A stretch of 63,248 bases of DNA, filler included, from Octopus bimaculoides (GCF_001194135.2; 8 parts of 7 records of this genome joined end to end with filler, not necessarily neighbours in it); one strand, 5' to 3'; numbered from the whole stretch's first letter, positions 12,291 through 24,199 are shown. Numbers and translations: made by a program. Notes: a model not told the origin generated them from the sequence alone.

Positions 12291-12529
12291 AATACAACCA
12301 ATAATTTCTTCCTTCTTTAAAATATCATTCCACTAACCTCTTTCTTTAAAGGACCTCCTCACCAGTCTCTCCCTTTTTAAAAACTATTCTACCGCTAATG
12401 TATCTGTTCCTTAACCCTTTTCCCTAGTAATTTCTCCTTTCTTAAGTATGTTTTCCGAACAATATCTGCTTTCTTTATAATAATCTCCCAATAGTCTCTC
12501 TCGCTTTAACAAACATTATTCTCTTCCCT

Positions 12530-12544
12530 CCTCCTCCTTCCCCC

Positions 12545-12611
<67 letters not shown>

Positions 12612-12850
12612 TCTCTCATGGTTCGCTTTCTTCTTTTCAATGAACACCATTAGCTTTTCAACTTTCTTCCTATTCCTGCGTATTTTTCTCTGCATGCATT
12701 CATCACTCACTCTCCAATAACCCAATTACACCTTATCGCATTCACTCTCCCTTTCACCCTCCGCTGCTTCTCTCTCTCTCTCCCTCTCTCTTTCTCACAC
12801 AGACACACACGCACACACACATATTCATACACACACACAAACTCTTACTA
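12530..12850. repeat. (CT)n and (CA)n microsatellites
   Basis: Directly visible. Confidence 0.95.
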
Positions 12851-13562
12851 TGTTTCTTTGGAAATAATCCACCATCATTCTACACATCCATGACGTCTCC
12901 CCTAACACTCGCACACTGAAAATAAACATCACTCTCTCTCTCTCTCATACGTAATCGGTCACCATAACTCCATGAGCTACGGCACGTCTTCATACTTACT
13001 CTATGACTATACTCTTATCTTTCACTAACACACTTGCCCTTTTTCTGTCTCTGCTACACGATTGTCTCCCTTTTTTCTTTTGGTTGCCTCCACTCCACTA
13101 CCATTCTATCTCCACCACGTTCACGAAGCTCTACACCGAACTACATCCCCCCTTCCACCTTATCCAATCCCAAGCCAGGCACATGTCAATTAAAAGAATT
13201 TCAATACCATATGTTTTGTGTATGTAATACTATCCAATCTTCTTGGCGATAGCAACAACAGCCGCCTGGAGCTCCGCCTGTTAAGACAGACAACCATTAA
13301 AAAATATATGTATATTAAAGGTTGGTAGCAATCCCCCGTCCCTGCCTATTAATTACAGACTAATTAGTATAATTATAATAACCCATGAAATAATTAGCTG
13401 CTCTCTTGTCTTCCTTGAATTACAGATTCGCAAACTTTAGACCAGATCTAATTTATACTATATCTCGACAGATGTGACAATGTCAAAACATTAGCGCTTT
13501 CGATGTTATTGGTGTTTAGCCCTAGGTAGGTAAGTCTTCACTTAGTTTGTATAATTTTAACT

Positions 13563-13790
13563 ATTCTTTTATTTTTTTATTTGTTTCAGTCATTTGACTG
13601 CGGCCATGCTGGTGCACTGCCTTAAAGGGTTTTTAGTCAAACAAATCGAAACCGAGACTTATTCTTTGTAAGCCTAGTACTTATGATATCGGTTTCTTTT
13701 GCCGAACCGCTAAATTATGGGAACATAAACACACCAGCATCGGTTGTCAAGCGATGGTGGGAGGACAAACACAGATACACACACATACAT
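13563..13790 (-). mobile_element. SINE family B 3' half
   Basis: Near-identical to 15511-15715. Confidence 0.85.
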
Positions 13791-13814
13791 AGATTATTAT
13801 CATTATTAGTATAA

Positions 13815-13846
<32 letters not shown>

Positions 13847-13913
13847 GGCAGCTACTCCTACCAAAATTCTTACTTTAAATTCTTCCTATGACCTTAAACG
13901 AAACTAAGTCCAA

Positions 13914-13987
<74 letters not shown>

Positions 13988-14109
13988 CTGCGCGCACGCA
14001 CATACCCACACATACACACACACATATGTCCTTCTCTTGCACTCTCCAGTCTTTGAAAAGAACTTTTTCTTCACCATTTCCCTTCCGGTCATTTCAATAT
14101 GTCACCGCG

Positions 14110-14328
14110 TGTGTATCCACCTGAGAGGAATATAAAAGAAATCAGAATAGAGTGCCCAGTAGGACTGTTACAAAAGGTTCGCCTCGTTGACACGAAGTCA
14201 AAATAATCAGGAAAGTATTAAATAGTTGAAAAGAACAAATAGCATGACACCTAGGCTGCAGTCAGCAAGCCCACCACGCATGCAAGACTCCAAGAGTTCC
14301 AACAAAACTTGAGATAATAATGATGATG

Positions 14329-14425
<97 letters not shown>
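14110..14425 (+). mobile_element. RLE-type (R4/Dong-like) non-LTR retrotransposon 3' end with (TAA)n
   Basis: IKEIRIECPVGLLQKVRLVDT..KIIRKVLNS* resembles the LQK..LLGTA.I.RKVL C-terminus, followed by a short 3' UTR and a long (TAA)n. Confidence 0.7.
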
Positions 14426-14479
14426 CTGAAAGTGGATCCTCAAAACACAGAAAACATTTCGTATGATAAATGCATTAGC

Positions 14480-14787
14480 GTAAAAACTCCCTTCGGTCAT
14501 GAATGACCATGGGATTGCACCTAGAAAGTTTCCCTCTGAGGTACAAGTCCGAGCAACGTTGTTTATGGAAGACCAGCAGTTGCCCATGCGTATCAACCTC
14601 CCCACTCTACGCCCCCGATGTTATCCAAGGAACAGCAAAGGCCGATACAGCTTGGCACCAGTGACGTCGCAACTCATTTCTACAGTTAAACTGGAGTAAC
14701 GTGAAATAAAGTGTCTTGTTCTAGAACACAACACACAGCCCGGTCTGGGAATCGAATTCACAACCTTATGATTGTGAGCCTTACACT
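14480..14787 (-). mobile_element. SINE family C (tRNA head, central domain, LINE-like tail)
   Basis: Minus strand gcatggttcagtgactagag...gaattcgattcccagaccggg...agaacaagacacttt. The tail is similar to 49735-49835. Confidence 0.75.
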
Positions 14788-15356
14788 CTAGTCACTGAAC
14801 CATGCATGGTTTCAAATTTTGGGACAATGCCAGCAATTTTGTACTATGTGCATCTAAAGTCGATAGCTATTGACTTGATAGTGCCATGCGCCAGATGTAG
14901 GCTCTTCTTAATAGAGCTCTTTCTGTGGCAAGGTCTAGTGCTATGAGACCTAGTATGGTATCTTTATTTGTTTTCATATTCTAAAATTGATGCCTAATTC
15001 TCCAATTACTAGTGTTAGTGTGTCACACTCATGCCTCACATATTGAATACTTCAATTTTAAGATCCTTGATTTTGATAGTTTTACCTCTTCTTATCAAAT
15101 AGAGAATACATGGAGGAAGTACATGAGAAAAACGTTACCAGACTTGATCAACCCAGCTCAGCCACCTGACCTGAAAGCACCTACAACACCAGCAACATCA
15201 CTAATAATGCTTCCCAAAGCATCTATAAGATGTGTCTTGAAACGTATTACATGATTTCTACGTGTTTGCATGTTTAATCACGAAACTCTATAAAAAGCAA
15301 GAAAAAAGATACAAACTATCGGTACCTAATTTTCTGATAAGAGAAATATGGTCGAC

Positions 15357-15425
15357 CAGTGGTTCTCAACAATTTTTTACCTATTGACCACTTTGAATAC
15401 TGTTTTACTCTGGTGAACCCCATAG
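15357..15425 (+). mobile_element. hAT-like terminal fragment
   Basis: Starts cagtggttctcaac, the same TIR type as 59624. Confidence 0.4.
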
Positions 15426-15510
15426 CTATTAGATGTTCATATACTAGTTTGTTTTTTTAGTTAGAAACTTCCTTAAAAATTCTTGTTTTGTTTTTCGCAC
15501 ATTAACTTAC

Positions 15511-15930
15511 TCTTTTACTTGTTTCAGTCATTTGACTTCTGCCGTACTGGAGCACCGCCTTTAGTCGAGGAAATCGACCCCAGGACTTATTCTTTGTACG
15601 CCTAGTACATATTCTATCGTTCTCTTTGGCCGAACTGCTAAGTTACGAGGATGTAAACACACCAGCATCGGTTGTCAAGCGATGTTGGGGGGACAAACAC
15701 AGACACACAAACACACACACATATATATATACATATACACACACATACATATATACATATATATACATATATACGACGGGCTTCTTTCAGTTTCCGTCTA
15801 CCAAATCCACTCACAAGACTTTGGTCGGCCCGAGGCTATAGTAGAAGACACTTGCCCAAGGTGCCAAGCAGTGAGACTGATCCCCAAACCATGTGGTTGG
15901 TTGGCAAGCTACTTACCACACAGCCACTCC
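15511..15930 (-). mobile_element. SINE family B, full length with internal (CA)/(TA) microsatellite
   Basis: Minus-strand head ggagtggctgtgtggtaagtagcttg...cttgggcaagtgtctt, then an internal microsatellite, then tail gactgaaacaagtaaaag. Confidence 0.9.
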
Positions 15931-16628
15931 TTTGTTTACAATTTTATAAGAAAAGAGAAATTTGACATTAAAATGTCNNNNNNNNNNNNNNNNNNNNNNN
16001 NNNNNNNNNNNNNNNNNNNNNNNNNNNNNNNNNNNNNNNNNNNNNNNNNNNNNNNNNNNNNNNNNNNNNNNNNNNNNNNNNNNNNNNNNNNNNNNNNNNN
16101 NNNNNNNNNNNNNNNNNNNNNNNNNNNNNNNNNNNNNNNNNNNNNNNNNNNNNNNNNNNNNNNNNNNNNNNNNNNNNNNNNNNNNNNNNNNNNNNNNNNN
16201 NNNNNNNNNNNNNNNNNNNNNNNNNNNNNNNNNNNNNNNNNNNNNNNNNNNNNNNNNNNNNNNNNNNNNNNNNNNNNNNNNNNNNNNNNNNNNNNNNNNN
16301 NNNNNNNNNNNNNNNNNNNNNNNNNNNNNNNNNNNNNNNNNNNNNNNNNNNNNNNNNNNNNNNNNNNNNNNNNNNNNNNNNNNNNNNNNNNNNNNNNNNN
16401 NNNNNNNNNNNNNNNNNNNNNNNNNNNNNNNNNNNNNNNNNNNNNNNNNNNNNNNNNNNNNNNNNNNNNNNNNNNNNNNNNNNNNNNNNNNNNNNNNNNN
16501 NNNNNNNNNNNNNNNNNNNNNNNNNNNNNNNNNNNNNNNNNNNNNNNNNNNNNNNNNNNNNNNNNNNNNNNNNNNNNNNNNNNNNNNNNNNNNNNNNNNN
16601 NNNNNNNNNNNNNNNNNNNNNNNNNNNN

Positions 16629-16662
<34 letters not shown>

Positions 16663-16708
16663 GCACAAACACGCACACACATACATAAACACGCACGCAC
16701 GCGCACAC

Positions 16709-16746
<38 letters not shown>

Positions 16747-17212
16747 ACACACACATAAATAATCCAGTCATCCACGATTAAAATTCAGTGTTTAGTACAC
16801 CACTCTACATTCCATCTCTCCCACTAAATTCGAGACGAAGTCTATTTCTGAACAGAAACGGAAATTATAAATACATTGTAGTCACTGGTGTAATTTGATT
16901 TAGTTTTTAATGAAGCCAGGCACCGCTGGGTACTTACTGCTAGTAAATATTATATCATAATTGAACGTTTCTATCCTCCATCAAAAATTTCTTTCTCTTT
17001 CAATCTCTGCAACGTCTTCAATAATACAGTTCTATATTTAAGAGATGAGGAATTATGTACATTATTTACATTCGACATATATTTGCCCACGGGCATATGG
17101 CGTAGTGGTTAAGAGCGCGGGCTACTAACCCCAAGATTCCGAGTTCGATTCCAAGCAGTGACCTGAACACTAATAATACATAATAATAATAATAATAATA
17201 AGAAGAAGAAGA

Positions 17213-17716
17213 AATGGAGAAACTTTCAAAATACAAAGACCTGGAAATAGAGGTAATTCGAATGTGGAATCTAAAAACAGTAACAATTCCTATCATAGTA
17301 GGTGCCTTAGGTATAATAAAAANNNNNNNNNNNNNNNNNNNNNNNNNNNNNNNNNNNNNNNNNNNNNNNNNNNNNNNNNNNNNNNNNNNNNNNNNNNNNN
17401 NNNNNNNNNNNNNNNNNNNNNNNNNNNNNNNNNNNNNNNNNNNNNNNNNNNNNNNNNNNNNNNNNNNNNNNNNNNNNNNNNNNNNNNNNNNNNNNNNNNN
17501 NNNNNNNNNNNNNNNNNNNNNNNNNNNNNNNNNNNNNNNNNNNNNNNNNNNNNNNNNNNNNNNNNNNNNNNNNNNNNNNNNNNNNNNNNNNNNNNNNNNN
17601 ACTTTCAATACAGAAACCATAAGAGCATCACAGCAAACCACAGCACATAACCAAGGCACACAGAGCTGCGCTTGGTAGTGAAGTGAAAGCACGCTATAAA
17701 AATAAAACTACTGAAC
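17213..17716 (+). mobile_element. 5'-truncated RLE-type (R4/Dong-like) retrotransposon inserted in (TAA)n
   Basis: MEKLSKYKDLEIEVIRMWNLKTVTIPIIVGALGIIK is the post-PD..D RLE region. The gap is followed by a 3' UTR homologous to ~62290-62400. (TAA)n lies on both sides. Confidence 0.85.
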
Positions 17717-17812
17717 AATAATAACAATAATAATAATAATGATAATAATAATAACAATAATAACATCGCAAAATACCTTAGGAATGAGAATCCAGGTTTG
17801 AAATTTCCCCAA

Positions 17813-17859
17813 GACACCTTGAAGCAGGCTGGAGGATATATCAACCGAAACGTTGTGTT
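17813..17859 (+). ncRNA. Decayed minimal type-I hammerhead
   Basis: gacac / CUUGAAGCA (damaged core) / ggctg..caacc / GAAA-CG-UU^ / gtgtt. Helix III AACGUU is palindromic. Probably inactive. Confidence 0.55.
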
Positions 17860-19206
17860 AACAACAAACAAGATGAGGACAAATATCCGTCGAATGTAAA
17901 TAATGTAAATAATGTCTTCAATGATTCTGACTTACAGAAGCCTTCTCCATTGGTCACCAAATATCTTAATATTTTCAGTTTTTTAAGTTGATGATACAAA
18001 CATCTGTATCATAAACGTCCTGATTATTTCGGACTAATCACCTCAATCCTATTCTACTTTCAGTTTCATGTTTCAGTAGTTGATCTCTCTAACTGCATGT
18101 ATCATCGAGATACATTGTGGGCAATTTCATCCTGGCGCGACGTTCTGGTCGGCCTTAAAATTTCTCATGAAAACAAAAGCAAGACGTTATAATAATAACA
18201 AGCTACAAGCCTATGGGTCCATTTTTGAAATAAGTGGATCTTAAAGATGTAAGAAAAGGTGTAACCCGCAAAAGAAAAACAGCAATATATATGAGTTGAG
18301 GGAAGAATCATCTAAACGTTTTGTCCTGAATCAGCCGGCCACTAACCATAAAGGAGATTAGGTGCGGACCACAAAATATGGTCAGACGGTAAAAATGCAA
18401 CATTTTAGCCATGTTATTAAAGTCAGAACTTGGATGGATAAGAACGAGTGGTTAGGCTAGCAAAGACAAATATAGAGCTATGTCGCCTAAAATTGGACAG
18501 TGTCTGTATGTGAGGCCTTACAGTATAAGCTATAAGAATGGAAATGTTCATTTGTTTAGTGTAATGCGAGAATTGCTTCCAGCTGTTAAAACTGCCAGAA
18601 AGTATAGTAATACTAATACCGATTGTTGACTTAGTGCTTTTAAGAAAAATATGCACAAACATTTTGTTTAATGTACTAAAATGATGTGACTTTTCTCAGC
18701 ATAATTCCCTATTGAAGTCTGTAACTGCGACCTTCCAGCTAGATCGGTGCGCTATTTCTTGCAGAAACTGAAACAACCGAAAAAAATCATTAAGAAGATA
18801 GCAATGGCGGTTGAAACCACCTTGAAATGGTTATTGTTGATAAGAGACTGTTAATGGAATCTTCCCACGAGCAAAGACAAATTCAGTCCTCGCTGCCCGA
18901 CTCAGGCAAAGTGTTCAGACTAAGAGGCGAAACGACTGTAACCTTGAGATACCGTCCAATGATACGGAAAGATTTACAACATTGCAATGAATTTAGAAGA
19001 AAAGCTTGCAAAACCTCCGAGTAGCTTCTGCAGATTCTGCGTGGATCAAAGTATCTTCGATGTTTATTGCCTCCAACTTGTCCAGTCATTATAGTGATCG
19101 CAGAAGATAACATTAAACTTGTTTCTTCATTTTGGGAATGTTTATTTTTGAAAGACTTAATTTCCAATATTTTGGTATTGTTAAGGTAGGGATTACTATT
19201 TTAAAA

Positions 19207-19505
19207 AACTATGAGGAATGTAGTTATGTAAAGCCGGAACAATTCGTGAAGGCACAATGTAAACTACAAAATGAAAAGAAGACGGAACAAAGTTGCGGTT
19301 TTACTTCGTTTTTCTATTTTTCGGTGTGAAGATCAAACTTTTTCCAAGCACCGCTTTTCCGAATGTCCTGAAGAAATAGGACATCTCCTCGAAATATAGA
19401 AATACAAGATAAACTGCAACTTTGTTCTGTTTTCTTTTCATTTTGTAGTTTACTTTGTACCTTCTTACATTGTTCTGGCTTTACACAACTATATTCTTTA
19501 AAGTT
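19207..19505. repeat. Long foldback inverted repeat (MITE-like)
   Basis: Arms 19207-19323 and 19390-19505 differ by about 19 mismatches plus 1 gap over ~117 nt (manual count). The spacer is 66 nt. Confidence 0.9.
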
Positions 19506-20141
19506 ATACGTCACAATGCTTCTCAAAAACTACCTCATTTTAAAAATTATGTTTGCTAGATTATAATGATAAAATAGAAAAAGTTCGAACAGTGATTTTA
19601 CGTGCATTGTAACTGAAAAAAACTCAGTGGCTTTTATTACGCAAGTCTGTTGTTGAACTCTAGTGATTTTAGTTGCAAGGTACAAGAAAATAATAAACTT
19701 GTTGAAAGAAATATATATATAGTGACTATTGGAATTTTTGTTGATGTGAATCAGCACAAATTGTTTAAAATATACATATGACGGGCTAATTTTCTGGCTG
19801 ATAATTTAAAACGAAGTTATCTGAGAAAAATATGCTTATTACATGTAAAAATGATTCAGCGAATTGTTTAAAAGTCATCAAACATTTCCCTATTACATAA
19901 GAAATAATTTTAACTACTAAATTTCTTCGTTTCCATTCCACTCTCACTAAGTCTTTTTGTAGAACATTCAAAACTTTACTCGAAATTTCTTTATATTTTA
20001 TTATAACCCTTATAATGCAATTAAAGTGTTCTGTGATGAGCCGTTGTGGTTAAGCTCTTAGAAAATCCTTTGTACAGTTTCAAACAACCACAATGGTGAA
20101 ACATAGTTTGGAAAAAAATGATTATAAACTTGTGTTCATCG

Positions 20142-20318
20142 TAGGTACAGGTGTGGCTGTGTAAGTAAGAAGCTTGCTTCTCAACCACAAGGTTCCGGGT
20201 TCAGTCGCACTGCGTAGCACTTTGGGAAAGTGTCTCCTACTATAGCCCCGGTCTGACCAAAGCCTTATGAGTGGATTTGGTAGACGAAAACTGAAAGAAG
20301 CCCGTCGTATATGTATAT
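20142..20318 (+). mobile_element. SINE family B 5' half, interrupted by mariner
   Basis: aggtgtggctgtgtaagtaagaagcttg...gaaagaagcccgtcgtatat. Confidence 0.85.
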
Positions 20319-20321
20319 ATG

Positions 20322-20997
20322 CGAGGTCTGATCGATAAGTATCCGGACTGTTGCCATAGTAACGAAGCTAAAGCACGCAAAGTAAAGCTGCTTGGACAAA
20401 TGTACGTGTGTTTCAGACGTTTCAAAGATGGCCCAAAAATGTCGATATTGGCGAACGTTCTGGGAGACCCGCAGCCAACAGAACTGAGAAAAACACCGCA
20501 GCTGTGCGTGTAGCTGTGAGGGGAAATCATAGAATCACATCTGTGAGTTATCAGAGGATGTACAGATTCCAGTACAGTCCATTATCACTGAAGATTTGGG
20601 TATGAGACGCGTGTCTGCCAGGTTTGTAACAAAACTGCTTTCAGCTGACCAACAAGACACCCGGTTTTCAGTTGCACAAGATCTCTTTGATTGTGTCGAG
20701 AACTACGTAAACTTTTTGAAAAATTTGCGTACGCCTCTCAGCAGGTATCATCAAGCTTGTGGCAAAATTTGATGCAGATTCTCTTCTCAACTTCTTCTGT
20801 CATGGTCAATGTGATGATCACACATTACACACCTTCCTTCCAAGCACTGTTGTAAACAGTGGAAGTGAGCTAGAACGTAAAAACTTAGTGCGCATGCACA
20901 TCAGAGTTTAAGATCAATCTGCACCAAGCAACTTTAGTCTGGGTGCTTTAGCTTCGTTCTTATTGCAAGAGACCGAATACTTAATGATCAGACAACG
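20322..20997 (+). mobile_element. Internally deleted mariner-family element with ~80-bp TIRs
   Basis: TIRs cgaggtctgatcgataagtatccggac... / ...gaccgaatacttaatgatcagacaacg in a TA context. Frameshifted N-terminal transposase FRRFKDG..ERSGRP..TEKNTAAVR..QSIITEDLGMRRVSARFVTKLLS..QDLFDCVEN. No catalytic domain. Confidence 0.9.
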
Positions 20998-21000
20998 TAT

Positions 21001-21058
<58 letters not shown>

Positions 21059-21158
21059 NNNNNNNNNNNNNNNNNNNNNNNNNNNNNNNNNNNNNNNNNN
21101 NNTTAATTAATTAANNNNNNNNNNNNNNNNNNNNNNNNNNNNNNNNNNNNNNNNNNNN

Positions 21159-21398
21159 GTTGTCAAACGATGGTGGTGGGGTGAAACAAAAACACACAAA
21201 CATACACACACACACACACACACATAGATATATACGACGTGCTTCTTTCAGTTTCCGTCTACTAAATCCACTCACAAGGCTTTGGTCGGCCCGAGGCTAT
21301 AGGAGAAGATACTTGCCCAAGGAGCCACTCAGTGGGACTGAACCCGGAACCATGTGGTTGTTAAGCAAGCTACTTACCACACAGCCACTCCTGCACCT
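21159..21398 (-). mobile_element. SINE family B 5' part
   Basis: Near-identical to 15670-15930. Confidence 0.88.
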
Positions 21399-21789
21399 AT
21401 ACTGACATATTTTACAATTGATTCTATCCATAGACGTTGTGAATAAGATTTATCTAACGCAGCCAAATGCATTATTCAATCACTCATTTAATTCGTGAGT
21501 AGAGAACAATGATGTCAGATGTACTTTCTTTCACGCAAACACGCGCGCGCGCGCGAGCAACGCAATGCTTTAGCTAAAAGTGGAAACTACAGAGTGACTC
21601 AAATGTTAGTATTAGCAACAAATTCTTCCGCAAATAAAATAAGTCCGTCTCTATTTTTATGTTTTGAAATGAATTTGATTGTTACGAGTGGAAGATGGAT
21701 TTAGTATGAAATGGAAAACAGCGGAAGATGATGAGCGCTGGAAACGCCTTTGATCATGCGCCTGCTTTCGAGCATCGCTCGCCTCGGGC

Positions 21790-22060
21790 TACTCCAGCAA
21801 CAATATCAATAACAAAAGCAACTCCTCTTCCTCCTCCTCCTCCTCCTCCTCCTACTACTACTACTACCATCATCCCGCCACCAACAACAAATCACTACAA
21901 CCATTATTAGTACAAATACTTACACTACAACCACTACTACTACCACAACTAATACTATTATTATCATTGCCACCACCACCACTATTGCTACTACTGCTGC
22001 TGCTGCTATTACTATTACTACTACCACCGCCTCCACCACTACTAAAAATTACAATAAAAC
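21790..22060. repeat. Degenerate trinucleotide low-complexity tract (CTC/CTA/CCA)
   Basis: Directly visible. Confidence 0.85.
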
Positions 22061-22982
22061 ATGTTTTAAAGCAACAGTGTTAAAAAGAAAAAAAGGAAAA
22101 TGAAGTCAAAATGAAAGTTAATCAGACGTTTCCTGAGTGAAAGGAAAGCCTTAATTGTGAATGGTGACCCTTCCCATAATCCTTTGCACAAATCAGCGTT
22201 CAATTAGAAGCCATTTTGATTAGGAAGATTTTGGATTAAGAACTTTCAACAGTGATTCAGCGCATGCTGCTCCCTACTTATTAAACAGATTATGGCCTCC
22301 GGATACTTCGACACACAATTCTTTCTTTTATTATTTGTATTTTTGCTCGCTTTTTCTTTCCCATTTTTCTTCTTTCTTTTTTTTTTTTTTTTTTTTTTTT
22401 TTTNNNNNNNNNNNNNNNNNNNNNNNNNTTTATATACATCCGTAGAAGAAAAGCATTAAGAAAGTTAAGCTGTTAAAGACGTCAATAATAAATACAACAA
22501 CAGCAACAAGGTTGATGTTGTTGATGATGATGATGATGATGATGTGGATGCTACTCTGTGTATTTGTCGTAAGTGGATTATATCGCCTAAGTCTGTGAGT
22601 GTGGTGGGTCGAATGAAATTCCCCCATTATTATCATTATTATTATTATCATCATTATTTCGGTGTGTGTGCCATTTGGAAGGCGCTTAGCAAGTGGCACG
22701 TGTCAAATGCACTCTGACCAGACCCGCTTAACCTGTAGGCCATGTCTGGTATGTTATAAATAAACTGTGGCCGCCTTGACCGACGTGACCCCTGCCAAAA
22801 TATAGAAGAATGTACAGCCAGCTATTTATTTATTTATTTATTTATTTATTATCTATTTATGTTGTTTTATGTAATTAATGTCGTGTATTGTAATTAATGA
22901 ATTAATTAACCACTGAAAGTACACATTGTTTATTTTCTCTTCATATGAGGGTTCATTTGAATTGTGAAGTAAACAACTTTTT

Positions 22983-23343
22983 TGTAGTTATGTGGGTAAG
23001 AAATTTGCTTTCCAACCATGTGGGCTGGGGTTCAGTCCCACTGTGCGGATCCTTGGGCGGATGTTTTCCACTGTAGTCTCAAGCCGCCCAAAGTCTGGTG
23101 AAGAGAATAGTGTGGATGGATGTTGTTAATGTGTCTGTTTTGTGTGTGTGTGTGTTTGTGTTAGCGCTTTGATTGTATCGTCACCACCAACACTTGACAA
23201 CTGCTGTTGGTTTGTTTACATTCCTGTAAGGTAGCGGTACGGCCAAAGAGAGCGATAGGATTTGTACCAGATTTTTCAGTTCGACTAGACCTTTGAAAAT
23301 GGTTCCCCAGCCTGACCACAGTCCAAAGACTGAAATAAGACAA
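22983..23343 (+). mobile_element. SINE family B, diverged near-full copy
   Basis: Head ggggttcagtcccactg, internal GT tract, tail gactgaaataagac. Confidence 0.7.
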
Positions 23344-23829
23344 GCAGAAAAATGCAAAAACTATACAACTGATGCCGTGCTGTAGAAAGGAAGTAAAGGA
23401 ATTCTTAACCGTTTTGTTTGAATCTCGGTGTGTGGGCAGAAATAATAGGACAAGTGTGAATAATTTCTAGTCTTTTTGAAAATTTCATCAGTAAAAGAAA
23501 CTCTGTCTCCTGAAGTGAGATTTCATTTGAGTACATGTGCCGATGAAGTGGGTTTAATTACTGACTCTAGATTATTACACAACGGTTTGCGAATAATTCG
23601 ACATTTTAAAGTTATATTTATTATGCGTCTATTATTTACTAAAACAACATATAACTCTTTAGATATTTTTTTTCTATCTACAGGAAGAGTTATATCGCCT
23701 TGGCAAGCATTTTACACTGTAGGGAAGAATGAAACTCGAGTCATGAAGAAACATGTCATTTAAATTAACATTTATACTCTACGTCATGTATTGACTTCCA
23801 CTTTATTCCATGATACCGTTTTGAAGACA

Positions 23830-23990
23830 CACACACCTACCTACCCAACAAGCTACCTACATACCCAACACCATACTTATCTACCCACCCACTTACCTAC
23901 CTACCTGCTTACCTACCTACCTACCTACCTACCTACCTACCTACCTACATACATACATACATACATACCTACCTACCTACCTACCTACCT
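23830..23990. repeat. (TACC)n/(TACA)n tetranucleotide repeat
   Basis: Directly visible. Confidence 0.95.
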
Positions 23991-23994
23991 AACA

Positions 23995-24199
23995 TTGTCG
24001 TCGAGATCTAGAATCGCAGAAGATCATCGACTCGCTTAGGGAAATGACTTCCAGACAGGATTCCAAAAGTGGCAGAAACATTGGGGTCGATTTATCGCTG
24101 CTCAAGGTGACTATTTCCAAGGAGATGATGTTAAAACTTGGGTAAATAAGTTATTTGTATTAAACATCACAAGTCTGGGAACCTTTTGATGTCACCTCA
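23995..24199 (+). mobile_element. Mariner 3' end fragment with TIR
   Basis: QKIIDSL..DFQTGFQKWQKHWGRFIAAQGDYFQGD is a typical mariner C-terminus, followed by TIR-like agtctgggaaccttttgatgtcacctca and TA. Confidence 0.8.

Larger units (their letters stand above)
17027..17913 (+). mobile_element. Composite tRNA-headed element with terminal inverted repeats and decayed hammerhead
   Basis: TSD-like gtcttcaat.at at 17014-17025 and 17914-17925. Inverted repeat tacattatttacattcgac..atatttg / caaatat..gtcgaatgtaaataatgta. A box tggcgtagtgg and B box gagttcgattcc at 17091-17152, then (TAA)n and a hammerhead-like motif at 17813-17859. Confidence 0.75.

Noticed and set aside
17091-17163. Apparent tRNA gene
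   Set aside because: A and B boxes are present but the acceptor stem does not pair and the anticodon stem is only 3 bp; it is the head of a repeat element.
18883-19167. 94-aa minus-strand ORF and 80-aa ORF at 15012-15254 in non-microsatellite DNA
   Set aside because: No recognisable domain or splice context; lengths are compatible with chance.
19132-19526. Two similar peptides on opposite strands (KPEQ...KLQNEKKTEQSC)
   Set aside because: A by-product of the DNA foldback, not duplicated genes.
21103-21114. TTAATTAATTAA palindromes inside N runs (also 39301, 51368, 56700, 58008, 59259, 61093)
   Set aside because: Identical 12-mer centred in same-style gaps with stops in all six frames; an assembly spacer, not biology.
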